IMG/VR virus record: IMGVR_UViG_3300030085_001980 | DNA length: 64,000 nucleotides | Source: a virus | Direction: 5' to 3' (one strand) | Shown: one piece after another, positions 49,332 through 57,796 of the stretch | How positions within the stretch are numbered: the first letter of the stretch is position 1 | Layout: every line of letters begins with the position of its first letter | Program-made: the position numbers and the translations under genes | Notes under the pieces: generated by a model | The model's input: only the letters and a program-made list of their open reading frames with translations | Database searches by the model: none | What the model was told of the DNA's origin: nothing

Positions 49332-52300
49332 CAGTCAAACGTAATATCGCACTCATCAAAGTACGGGTTACCATAGTTATTTAACGTTTCATCCAGCAAA
49401 CGCGCAGATCCTGTTGAGTAGTTTCTCCAAAGCATACTACCCTCGTACGGTCCCATCTCAATATGGTTGTCATCATTGATACGCTTGGGGTCAATAGCGA
49501 TAGCAGCGTGCTGCACTTCATTCAGCGCAAGGCATCCTTGGAATGGTGGATTGGAGCAAAGGTCGTTTGCGGTAATAGGATTGCCACTATTGTCATATCC
49601 AGAGTTTACAGTTAGCACACCATCTGTAACAAAGTTGTGCCAGTTGTCATTACTGAACTTACCACCGCTACAACTGTTCAATGTGACACTGTTATACGTA
49701 CCCCAACCAGCTCCACCTGTAAAATTACCCGTGTTTGACTGTGATGTGCTGGTCTGCCCTGTATTAGGATCAGTGGTAGTAGTCTCGCTGTACTCATATG
49801 AGGTCCAGGTAAACGGGGAGAACGTACCGTAGTTTCCTGATCCGATCCAAGTTTCCAACTGATCAAGCTCTGTCATACCCTGATTAAGACCATAGTCAAA
49901 GGTATTTTCGTCACCACCAAGAGGAACGAACGCATATTGACCGCTAGAAGTCTCATAGCAGCGCCCTTTAGCATCACCATTAGTGCAAGGATGCGTTTTT
50001 TCATCTCCAGTACCACCAGATTTAGGTACTTTGCGCGGTCTAGTGAGTTGTGGACGCCCCAAAGACTTCAACCAGTTCATAAAACGAGTGTTTACAGCCG
50101 CACCTGCGCCACTTACGTCACCATCTACTTGAATACTTACCTTCACTTTCGCAAGATCTAGTTTAGAAGCGCAGTATTTGTACGGCATCCACCCAAAAAG
50201 AAGTTCATTACCCTCCGAATCAAAGGATTGATACGGACAGGGGATGTCAAAGAAGCGTCGAACCCCATAAAGATTGCTCTGGGCAACCTCAACACACCCT
50301 CCAGGAAAGATTCCTGCCATACCATTGGACAGTTTTTCCTCAATCTGGTCCGCGTACGGTCTAGAACGTGAGAACAAATCACCAAGCATACCGTTGTTGG
50401 CGTTAAAGTCGCCATCTAAACCGCGTAAATTGCCAAAGAGTGCCTGTTCATCATAGTATTGCGCCCAATCTGACCACCCTTTACCAGAATCTGGTTGGAA
50501 ACACAGACCAGGAACAATCTTATCGCAGAACTTTTGCTTCTCTTCTGCGTTAACATCACCCATTTTGATGTATCCACGCGGATATATGGTTGTCTTCTCA
50601 GTGTTAAACAACTGAGAGTTCTCTAGAATGATGTCTCTATCTGCCTGCAGTGCCGCATTTGCGCTTGCATCGTTGTTACCGAACTGACTGAGAGAGCGTT
50701 TGATCTCCACTTCATAGGGGTTCATACCCTCAGCAACGTACTTGTCCTTCCTAATACCCGTCTCACGGTCTACCACAAGCACTTTAGGGCGCGTACCAGG
50801 GGAGTATCCACGACCTTTATTGGTAATAATTACGTCAATGATGGAACCATTGTCATCTAGAACCGCTTTGAACTCTGCTGCTTCGAGTGTTCCGTTGACA
50901 TCAGACTCAGTAACGAAGGATTTGTTGCTAATTTTGGATGCAGACCTACGTACTTTCTTGTCAAAGCGTTTGAAATCCGTCTCATCCTCTACATCTAGCT
51001 GTACTTTTGTCGAAAAATCATCCTCAAAGAACTCATCTACGTTAGATCCCGAGTCAGCGAATCCCTGTTCGCGCAATACCTCAGGGAATTCACAGGAAAG
51101 TTGTGGATTTACGTAGTCTTTTCCCGAATTAATGATCTTAACGCTCTGTACTCTACCCTTTTTATCGATTTTTGCTTGTAATACCGCCTCATCTATCGTA
51201 CGTTGCGGGATCAAAGCGTTCTTATCGATCTCTACACGCATATAGGAGACCTGTTTAGGGAACTCAAACACTCCCCAGAACGCTCCTTTGTTAGGAATTC
51301 CGTATCCTGCCAGTACAGTGATGACACCATTGTTAGCAGAAGTGAAGTTTTGACCGTATGTGAACGCACTTCCTTGCCCTTCTTGTTGCAAAGAAGACAA
51401 TTCCATATACCCACAGTTCATCTCATCACCAAAATAGCGACAAGCAGTGATCATCCAACCATTAATACGCTCACCAATCTTAAAGAAACCGCTACCAGTG
51501 AGGTATCTAAAGAAGATACGGTGGTCATCTGTACCTGCTGTCCAGAAAGATTCGTTTGCACCTGGTGTTAGATCAGGAGCATCAACAAACAATGTGGTCT
51601 TTTTAGTTACCCAAGCATCCTGACGGATCACATAGTTATAGTTGTGGTACGTTAGAGTGGGCTCTGGCGGTGTACTGTCATCCCTGTAAGAAGTAGGAAG
51701 ACACGGTGCATCAGTCTCAAAGAAGTTAATACCATAGATCGGTCCATTCCAGGGGTACGATGTGTCGTACAGGTAGAATACAAACTGACCTTCAAAGGCA
51801 TCGTGAAAGTTGATTGAGCGGGGCACTGCTGCCTTCACAGCGCCGTTCTTTCCATAAAACCACTCAAAGTATGCATCAGTGTCTAATAGGTCAACACTGT
51901 TGCCCCAACCACGAGAAGACGTAGCAGGCACACCATCTCTATCTTTCAGGTAATCCATAATGGTGTATGGTGTACCGTACGGTCTTCTATTACCGTTACT
52001 ATCGTTATCTGATACCCAGTCATACCAACTTGATCTATTAACTAGACCAGTGCTCTGTGGACCACCAATCTCCTCATACCGTGCAATGGCACGAGGACCT
52101 GGTGTAAGAGTTACGTACCCAATGATACCTTGATACCGATACTCTTCACCTCTTGGGTCATTACAATCTGGTACACCAGATACACCAGTCTCCAGGTTAT
52201 TTTCAACTACAGGATTGACCGTATAGAAGTCGTTAGGACCTCTTTTACTGTCTCCAGGGTGTCTATAGTGGTAAAGGGGTCTTATCGCCTCTCCAGTGAC

Positions 52301-52816
52301 CAGCAAACCGCTGCTGTTGGCGTTTGATTCACTGGTCCAGATATACCCCAGATTCTCTCCACCACCATTACCAGTCTCTAGTTTGTGATTCTTCTCACTA
52401 CTATTGTACACAGAGCGAAGACGCACTGTACCACTTACTGAATCTCTCAGTGTAGTGAAGTACCTTGCGCCTCTCTGACGTGGTTCTCTATTGTATGACC
52501 TATGCTTATGTTCGTCTTCCTTGACTTCCTTGTTCTTACTATACAGGTGGTTCCTCAACTTACCTGAATAGAACCTAAAAATAGTTCTTCTTTCACTGGC
52601 GCAGAATGCTACGCAAGTCTCTTGTCTCTCGCCAATATAAAATACCTCATCCTTTCCAAACTTATACCCACCAGGACCATTGTCCTCGTACGTTATCTGG
52701 TATCCGTTTGGAACGTTAGCAGCATCTGCTTCTGCACCCGACCAAGTTTTATTATAATCTTCGGAGTCAACGGGGTTCTCATAAGAGCGCCCCGTCTCCT
52801 GTACGTAAATTGCCAC
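49331..52816 (-). CDS. Large virion structural protein (1161 aa)
   Basis: DUF5648-like RPLYHY...DFYT...YQGIIGYV units plus V.I.N.G..Y repeats; next to PAAR. Confidence 0.7.
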   Translation of the reverse strand: MAIYVQETGRSYENPVDSEDYNKTWSGAEADAANVPNGYQITYEDNGPGGYKFGKDEVFYIGERQETCVAFCASERRTIFRFYSGKLRNHLYSKNKEVKEDEHKHRSYNREPRQRGARYFTTLRDSVSGTVRLRSVYNSSEKNHKLETGNGGGENLGYIWTSESNANSSGLLVTGEAIRPLYHYRHPGDSKRGPNDFYTVNPVVENNLETGVSGVPDCNDPRGEEYRYQGIIGYVTLTPGPRAIARYEEIGGPQSTGLVNRSSWYDWVSDNDSNGNRRPYGTPYTIMDYLKDRDGVPATSSRGWGNSVDLLDTDAYFEWFYGKNGAVKAAVPRSINFHDAFEGQFVFYLYDTSYPWNGPIYGINFFETDAPCLPTSYRDDSTPPEPTLTYHNYNYVIRQDAWVTKKTTLFVDAPDLTPGANESFWTAGTDDHRIFFRYLTGSGFFKIGERINGWMITACRYFGDEMNCGYMELSSLQQEGQGSAFTYGQNFTSANNGVITVLAGYGIPNKGAFWGVFEFPKQVSYMRVEIDKNALIPQRTIDEAVLQAKIDKKGRVQSVKIINSGKDYVNPQLSCEFPEVLREQGFADSGSNVDEFFEDDFSTKVQLDVEDETDFKRFDKKVRRSASKISNKSFVTESDVNGTLEAAEFKAVLDDNGSIIDVIITNKGRGYSPGTRPKVLVVDRETGIRKDKYVAEGMNPYEVEIKRSLSQFGNNDASANAALQADRDIILENSQLFNTEKTTIYPRGYIKMGDVNAEEKQKFCDKIVPGLCFQPDSGKGWSDWAQYYDEQALFGNLRGLDGDFNANNGMLGDLFSRSRPYADQIEEKLSNGMAGIFPGGCVEVAQSNLYGVRRFFDIPCPYQSFDSEGNELLFGWMPYKYCASKLDLAKVKVSIQVDGDVSGAGAAVNTRFMNWLKSLGRPQLTRPRKVPKSGGTGDEKTHPCTNGDAKGRCYETSSGQYAFVPLGGDENTFDYGLNQGMTELDQLETWIGSGNYGTFSPFTWTSYEYSETTTTDPNTGQTSTSQSNTGNFTGGAGWGTYNSVTLNSCSGGKFSNDNWHNFVTDGVLTVNSGYDNSGNPITANDLCSNPPFQGCLALNEVQHAAIAIDPKRINDDNHIEMGPYEGSMLWRNYSTGSARLLDETLNNYGNPYFDECDITFD

Positions 52817-53085
52817 TAATCACTAGAGAGTTTCTCTTCGATTTTATTTAGTCGCTCAAACAGATTATCAAACAGTTTTGTCAGGTTACTGTAGTCAGTA
52901 TCACCAGGGATTTTATACTGAATCATATCAGCACCGCGTGATAGCAGTTGTTCCATTCTACCAACGCGCTGTGCAAGATTCGTACAAGTCTTGGCAATCA
53001 TTTCAAATCGCCACTCGTTCTCTTCTTCTTTATTAGCAAAGTTGGGGATCTCTAGATCCTGTGGGATTTCAAAGTCTTCAGACAT
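52816..53085 (-). CDS. Hypothetical protein
   Basis: ORF abutting both neighbours. Confidence 0.7.
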   Translation of the reverse strand: MSEDFEIPQDLEIPNFANKEEENEWRFEMIAKTCTNLAQRVGRMEQLLSRGADMIQYKIPGDTDYSNLTKLFDNLFERLNKIEEKLSSD

Positions 53086-53630
53086 TAAAAATAATTGATG
53101 TTAAGGACAACACGGTACTTCTCGTTAGTAGTAGACGTACCGCTATGAGGGGTGTTCACAGGGAATTTTACCAGACGGTTGGCAACAGAGTCAACCCTTC
53201 CATTATGGAACTTGGTATATCCGTCATTACTATTAAGATAAAGGATAGCAGTCGTTGCTCCTTCAAACTCTTCACTACCATACTCACCACAATCAGTATG
53301 GAATGCATACTCTTGTAGACTATCCGTATGGTGATTCAGGTTTGCCTTAATACGGATGAGCGCACGCGGTTGTAACAGGTTGATAATAGGCAATACGTAC
53401 TCATACATCTGACTTAATGGTTGACCATTACCATACAGGTAGTTTACCATTTGCCAGTTGTAGATTTCTGCTGCTTGTAGTTCAGGATCAAACATCCGTG
53501 CTACGTGCATTACCTTCGCCTTATTCACAAACCAGGGAAAATCCTGACCCGTAAATGCTTCAGAGATACGTTCAAACTCCTCAGGAGGTAAGAAGTTATC
53601 AATGATTTCTAGATTTGCCAATGGATCCAT
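53085..53630 (-). CDS. 2OG-Fe(II) oxygenase (prolyl-4-hydroxylase-like)
   Basis: IIDNFLP, FHTD, TTAILYLNSNDG, NRLVKFP..TPHSG, RVVLNIN; start set at MDPLAN. Confidence 0.85.
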   Translation of the reverse strand: MDPLANLEIIDNFLPPEEFERISEAFTGQDFPWFVNKAKVMHVARMFDPELQAAEIYNWQMVNYLYGNGQPLSQMYEYVLPIINLLQPRALIRIKANLNHHTDSLQEYAFHTDCGEYGSEEFEGATTAILYLNSNDGYTKFHNGRVDSVANRLVKFPVNTPHSGTSTTNEKYRVVLNINYF

Positions 53631-53676
53631 AGTCTTTAGAATAGTTACGACGCTCGCGGGGGCGCGGTTTTTGAGG

Positions 53677-53868
53677 CTAGTCAATAAAGCTCGATGCATT
53701 CAGTTTGGTTTGGATACTTCGCCATAGGTTCTGTACCTTGGTGAGTTCCTTGCCGCCCTGAACATCTGCTTTGTATATGAGACACCACTGTGCTGAGTTG
53801 CACAGTAGTTTGCGTTCCGCATCAGTGAGTGTGATAGTCCACTCAGTCGGTTTCTCTGTAGGGTCCAT
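53677..53868 (-). CDS. Hypothetical protein
   Basis: Start moved to MDPTEK because the upstream part overlaps another ORF. Confidence 0.5.
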   Translation of the reverse strand: MDPTEKPTEWTITLTDAERKLLCNSAQWCLIYKADVQGGKELTKVQNLWRSIQTKLNASSFID

Positions 53869-54016
53869 AGAGGTTAACACGTTGTGCGATTTTCTGCAGG
53901 ATTGCATCGCACTCATCATAGCGATCTTTTTTGAATGGTCCAACCGTATTCGATTGGTAGTAACGAACTGCATTATATACAGTTTTGAGTTCATCAGTGG
54001 TGAGGAGTTTACTCAT
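53843..54016 (-). CDS. 57-aa hypothetical protein (not in ORF track)
   Basis: MSKLLTTDELKTVYNAVRYYQ...YDECDAILQKI... Confidence 0.65.
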   Translation of the reverse strand: MSKLLTTDELKTVYNAVRYYQSNTVGPFKKDRYDECDAILQKIAQRVNLYGPYRETD

Positions 54017-54170
54017 TAATTTTGCGAAGAATTACAGAATCATCTTGGACATCATACTCTAGGGTGTCGCCATAGTCCCATCCTGCTTCATCTAACAGAG
54101 CATCTGGTAAAGTAATGAACAGATCTCCGTGTTCATCCTCCTCCACTGGAAGAATGTATCTTTGTGACAT
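54009..54170 (-). CDS. AbrB/MazE-like small DNA-binding protein, 53 aa (not in ORF track)
   Basis: YILPVEEDEHGDLFITLPDALLDEAGWDYGDTLEYDVQDDSVILRK; matches the AbrB pattern ITLP..L....GW..GD.LE. Confidence 0.75.
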   Translation of the reverse strand: MSQRYILPVEEDEHGDLFITLPDALLDEAGWDYGDTLEYDVQDDSVILRKINE

Positions 54171-54613
54171 TAGACTTTACGAAGTACGTATCGTATATGT
54201 GGTATATAGGACTTTACGTACTCTAGACGTGAAACGTCGTTTGCTTTCTGATGTAATAGAATACCTTCCCCTAGATAGATCGCAGCGTGCTTCAGACGCC
54301 CCCTAGAGGACGTTATATGGGGTTCTGAGGAGTCGAATGACATCACTAGGACATCATACTTCTCCAACACAGACATATCGAATAATTCTTTTTCTTCTGA
54401 CTCTACGACAGACTCCCACCCTTCGCCAGTCCACAGATCTCTTACGAAGTCTCGAAGGCGAAGTGAGTAGTCTTCCTTACACGTGTGATAACCTGTACTC
54501 TTGCCAAACTCGAAGAGCAGGTTGAAACATCCACCACCTCTCTGACCACCCCAAGGGCGACCTAGAAACTCACCGTACTCCTCAGAGTATTTTTCCATCA
54601 ACTTGTCACTCAT
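54170..54613 (-). CDS. NlpC/P60-family peptidase (lambda K-like)
   Basis: GGCFNLL (Cys), KHAAIYLGEG.LLHQ (His, His). Confidence 0.8.
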   Translation of the reverse strand: MSDKLMEKYSEEYGEFLGRPWGGQRGGGCFNLLFEFGKSTGYHTCKEDYSLRLRDFVRDLWTGEGWESVVESEEKELFDMSVLEKYDVLVMSFDSSEPHITSSRGRLKHAAIYLGEGILLHQKANDVSRLEYVKSYIPHIRYVLRKV

Positions 54614-54732
54614 AATTTTTCTCCGAGAATTTTTTTGTATATGGGGGGACCCAAAGTGCGATTTCGATAATATATGCTCCCCTATACTGTTGTAGGTTAG
54701 CAGAGGGGACCCTTTTTAATATGTCGAAAGTG

Positions 54733-54921
54733 TCAACAATCGTCCCCCACATTCACAGAGTAGCAGAGCCCTTCGGTCACATAATAATCGATGAGTTGTT
54801 TATACTCAGTGTACCACGGTTCTTGTTCAGTGTCAACCAAATATTGCACCCACTCGATGATCTCTTGAGGGGGCAGATTACCCTCCTCATAGAGTTCAGC
54901 GAAGATCGAATACTTCTTCAC
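54733..54921 (-). CDS. Hypothetical protein
   Basis: Last ORF of a 3-gene operon. Confidence 0.7.
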   Translation of the reverse strand: MKKYSIFAELYEEGNLPPQEIIEWVQYLVDTEQEPWYTEYKQLIDYYVTEGLCYSVNVGDDC

Positions 54922-55067
54922 GATTGTGTAGTGTAATCGAGGTCAATATCCCCATAGGATTGATCATCAAACTCTAGGTCCTCAAATATATCTTCCGAGG
55001 TATCTTCGAGCATTTGATCAATCCAATCGTCTGCTGTAGTTAGTGACATCAACTCCTCTTCGTTCAT
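54918..55067 (-). CDS. 49-aa highly acidic protein (not in ORF track)
   Basis: MNEEELMSLTTADDWIDQMLEDTSEDIFEDLEFDDQSYGDIDLDYTTQS; stop overlaps the next ATG. Confidence 0.65.
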   Translation of the reverse strand: MNEEELMSLTTADDWIDQMLEDTSEDIFEDLEFDDQSYGDIDLDYTTQS

Positions 55068-55069
55068 TG

Positions 55070-55252
55070 TCAATAATCCTCCGAGTCTATTTGATAGTTT
55101 TTACCTTGACGGTTCTTGTTAGTTTGTGTGTCATCGAGAGTATCACTGTACGTGTCGCTCGATTTCTTTCTACTACCGTAAGCACGTTTCTCTCTCAAAC
55201 TCTTAGGACGGTTTGATCTATAAACGTCGTTCCGTTTGTATGTACGACCCAT
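55070..55252 (-). CDS. 60-aa protein with basic N-terminus
   Basis: Directly downstream of a sigma70 promoter. Confidence 0.7.
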   Translation of the reverse strand: MGRTYKRNDVYRSNRPKSLREKRAYGSRKKSSDTYSDTLDDTQTNKNRQGKNYQIDSEDY

Positions 55253-55291
55253 TGAAATGTGTTGGATAGGTGTTCTTCAGTGGACAACGGT

Positions 55292-55320
55292 AATATAGAA
55301 GATTTTTCAGAATTTGTCAA
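55292..55320 (-). promoter_or_regulatory. sigma70 promoter TTGACA-N17-TATATT
   Basis: Plus strand AATATA 55292-55297 and TGTCAA 55315-55320. Confidence 0.8.
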
Positions 55321-55352
55321 AGGTGTGTCAGAAACTGTTTCGTCCCTATGTG

Positions 55353-55381
55353 TTGACAAACCCTCGCTCGTGTGCTAACGT
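55353..55381 (+). promoter_or_regulatory. Divergent plus-strand sigma70-like promoter TTGACA-N17-TAACGT with extended -10 TG
   Basis: TTGACA 55353-55358, TG 55373-55374, TAACGT 55376-55381. Confidence 0.5.
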
Positions 55382-55500
55382 CCTAAGGTTGCAACATCTA
55401 GGAGGTTTCTAACACTTTATTCCACAGTTTAGATATACTTTTCCACAAGGATGTGGAGAGAGATAAAATACATAACTATGTTTTTTTAACCATTTATTTA

Positions 55501-55841
55501 TTACGGATTAAACCACCGTAAGTTACTATAATGGTCATTTAGTTTGTCTCCGTCGATGTGTCTAACCTGTTGGTAATACTGGTCATTAGTTGATATAAAG
55601 GCGTCTGCACATAGACGCGCAATTCTTCTTACTACTGTCTTACCATTTTGTCTTAGTGTTACTCTCCTATAACCATTTTCGTTTAGATGTGTGTTTAACT
55701 CTCTCCACTTGCCATACTTTGTGGAAAACACATTGCCGTGTTCGTTGATAAAATATTCTTCGTAATTAGGGATGGGTTTGTATAACGTACCGTCTTGATC
55801 TTTGTACGTTGTTTCATCTACTTTGGTGAATGAGTAAATCA
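55501..55841 (-). CDS. NUMOD4-HNH free-standing endonuclease
   Basis: KPIPNYEEYFINEHGNVFS, NGYRRVTL, VRHIDGDKLND...NLRW; start probably MIYSF. Confidence 0.8.
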
Positions 55842-55843
55842 TA

Positions 55844-56479
55844 TTAAAAAGGTGCAATGTTGAAGGATAATGCAATTCTATTGCCGTGACCATTGTTCTC
55901 ATATCCGTGTTGGATATTAGGGGGATGGATGATAACATCTCCTTCATTATGTGGGATCTCTGCTTCTAGTTGATTGAAGGCATTTTGTCCAGTATAGTTC
56001 ATCTGAAGCACAGGATAATGTGGCGAACCGATATAACGGCGAAACTTCATTATACTATGCTTTTGAATATCGAAGTTGATGTAATATGTGCCCGAGTATA
56101 TTACATTGCTGTGTTCGTGTGGTGCATACATTCCCCCTTCATTTGTCAATTCGATGTATGAATCAACAATGGAGATTTTATCGAGAGCATAATTGTAAGA
56201 TGACTTATTTGCCTTGTGTACAGCATCAATAATCATCTCTTTAATTGGTGCTAATTGTGGCATCTCTAGTACGTTATCTGGACCGAGTTGAGTAATACCA
56301 CGGGAGATATATGGGCGCGGTTCGTTCTTCACTTCCTGGAGTCCTTGAATATACTCCATCAGAATAGTTTTGTGCTCGATGTGATCTTTGTTGATATATC
56401 TTGCCACAGGAGTCATAAACAACCCGTACGCAGTTGCGTCAGAAATGTTTTCAAAACCGTCGCTAAGTGTCACTTCCAT
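55844..56479 (-). CDS. 2OG-Fe(II) oxygenase (TIGR02466-like)
   Basis: PHEHSNVIYSGTYY, GDVIIHP..IQH, RIALSFN. Confidence 0.85.
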   Translation of the reverse strand: MEVTLSDGFENISDATAYGLFMTPVARYINKDHIEHKTILMEYIQGLQEVKNEPRPYISRGITQLGPDNVLEMPQLAPIKEMIIDAVHKANKSSYNYALDKISIVDSYIELTNEGGMYAPHEHSNVIYSGTYYINFDIQKHSIMKFRRYIGSPHYPVLQMNYTGQNAFNQLEAEIPHNEGDVIIHPPNIQHGYENNGHGNRIALSFNIAPF

Positions 56480-56497
56480 AGTGTTAGATAAGACAAT

Positions 56498-56523
56498 AAA
56501 AAAGGAGGGGTTTTATACCCTCC
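56498..56523 (-). terminator. Terminator GGAGGG-N8-CCCTCC-TTTTTT
   Basis: 6-bp stem plus U tract at the end of the module array. Confidence 0.75.
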
Positions 56524-56552
56524 ATTATGTATCATTTTGCGTGATTTGTCAA
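56524..56552 (-). promoter_or_regulatory. sigma70-like promoter TTGACA-N17-CATAAT
   Basis: Upstream of the oxygenase; the start site would fall inside the terminator hairpin. Confidence 0.55.
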
Positions 56553-56645
56553 ATGTTTGTCAGAGGGTTGGTTATTAACAAACTTGAGACGGATAGGGCG
56601 AGAATTGATACGAATAGCGTTTGCAGTACGTTGTTCACGAGACAT
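56532..56645 (-). CDS. Possible 37-aa peptide
   Basis: MSREQRTANAIRINSRPIRLKFVNN...; abuts the upstream ORF. Confidence 0.35.
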   Translation of the reverse strand: MSREQRTANAIRINSRPIRLKFVNNQPSDKHLTNHAK

Positions 56646-56646
56646 T

Positions 56647-56778
56647 TCAAAGTTGATCGAGTTGGCGTTGAATAGTGGCGTTGCGCTCATTGATAACATC
56701 GGACAAAGTTGAGTCCATTAGTTGAATACCAAGGTTTGCACCGAGGATAACAAAGAGAGCAACAAAGAAGATACGCAT
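56647..56778 (-). CDS. 43-aa protein with N-terminal TM segment
   Basis: MRIFFVALFVILGANLGIQLMDSTLSDVINERNATIQRQLDQL. Confidence 0.65.
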   Translation of the reverse strand: MRIFFVALFVILGANLGIQLMDSTLSDVINERNATIQRQLDQL

Positions 56779-56810
56779 TTGTGTTAGTGAAGAAGGTGAA
56801 CTTAGGGTTA

Positions 56811-57158
56811 TCAGGCGAAGATGTAACCGTTGTCAAATTCTTCAGTCACAAACTTAGATTGTCCGTTGATTGCGCCTGCAAACTTACGAACAAACCACTT
56901 ATAGTTCTTCTGAAAAACACCTTCGCCATCAATACAAAACTCCTCGCAAAGTGCATTAAGACGAGATTTTGTAGTGACAGTTTGCCAACCACCATCGAAG
57001 ATTGTCATATCGTTGTCAGAAACCTCAGCAATTTTGTTGCCGTGGAGACGTACAATAGAGACGCCAGATTCTTCGTTAAAGTGAACCGAAGTGTTGCCAG
57101 ACTGCCAGTTGATGTTCTTCTGAACAGCGGCACACATTTGAGATTCGATCTTACGCAT
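56811..57158 (-). CDS. Hypothetical early protein
   Basis: MRKIESQM...LHGNKIA...DGGWQTVTTKSRLNAL; first gene after module site 1. Confidence 0.8.
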   Translation of the reverse strand: MRKIESQMCAAVQKNINWQSGNTSVHFNEESGVSIVRLHGNKIAEVSDNDMTIFDGGWQTVTTKSRLNALCEEFCIDGEGVFQKNYKWFVRKFAGAINGQSKFVTEEFDNGYIFA

Positions 57159-57220
57159 TTTGTGGTTGAAAGTGAAGTGAATTGGTGTCGGTTGGTTGGT
57201 TTCCCTCCCTCCCGATGTCT

Positions 57221-57280
57221 TTATTATAGGGCGTCAGGAGCGCCTGTAAGGGGGTTCGGTGACAGTTTATGGACTGGCAC
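57221..57280 (-). promoter_or_regulatory. Module promoter 1: GTGCCAGT-N6-ACTGTCAC plus -10 TATAAT
   Basis: Inverted repeat 57259-57280; TATAAT about 30 nt downstream. Confidence 0.75.
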
Positions 57281-57292
57281 ACCCTAGAGGCG

Positions 57293-57505
57293 TTAATTGA
57301 TACTTTTGAGCATATAATGGTAGTCAATATCTAACACAGGAAAACCGATCGCAGTTGTTATCTCCTCCACCAAATCTTCGCTGTCTGCTGCTTCCCAAAC
57401 CGTGCACAATACTTCGTCGATAATATCTTGCTGCATTTGTGGTGATGCTTCAAAGTCATCATCTTTGAAGTCGATGTTAATTGCTTCAACGCGGAAAGTG
57501 TTCAT
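57293..57505 (-). CDS. Acidic hypothetical protein
   Basis: Start set at MNTFRVE. Confidence 0.7.
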   Translation of the reverse strand: MNTFRVEAINIDFKDDDFEASPQMQQDIIDEVLCTVWEAADSEDLVEEITTAIGFPVLDIDYHYMLKSIN

Positions 57506-57539
57506 AATAGTGCGGAGAATTGGTGTACGTTGCGCGGTA

Positions 57540-57767
57540 TCAACCGCCAAACATTTCATCGAAGAGGTTTTCAGACTCTTGCAATTCTGCGTGGCGATCA
57601 AGTTCATCACGAGCAGAAACCAACGCCGCTTGCTTCATCTTAATTTTGTTAAGTTCCTCGTTGATGTAATGCAAACGAGTGTTAATTTGACAGCGGTCCA
57701 TACCATTCACGGTGGGCATATCGTAAGAAGTGCCGTTGATGATTCGTGGTTGCATAATAACAGTCAT
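57540..57767 (-). CDS. Hypothetical protein
   Basis: Start set at MTVIMQPR. Confidence 0.65.
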   Translation of the reverse strand: MTVIMQPRIINGTSYDMPTVNGMDRCQINTRLHYINEELNKIKMKQAALVSARDELDRHAELQESENLFDEMFGG

Positions 57768-57796
57768 TGTGAAAAATTGAGTGAAGTTTGTGTTAA

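Noticed and set aside
53650-53676. GC-rich patch CGCTCGCGGGGGCGCGG as a terminator
   Set aside because: Weak stem and the T run is on the wrong strand for the genes
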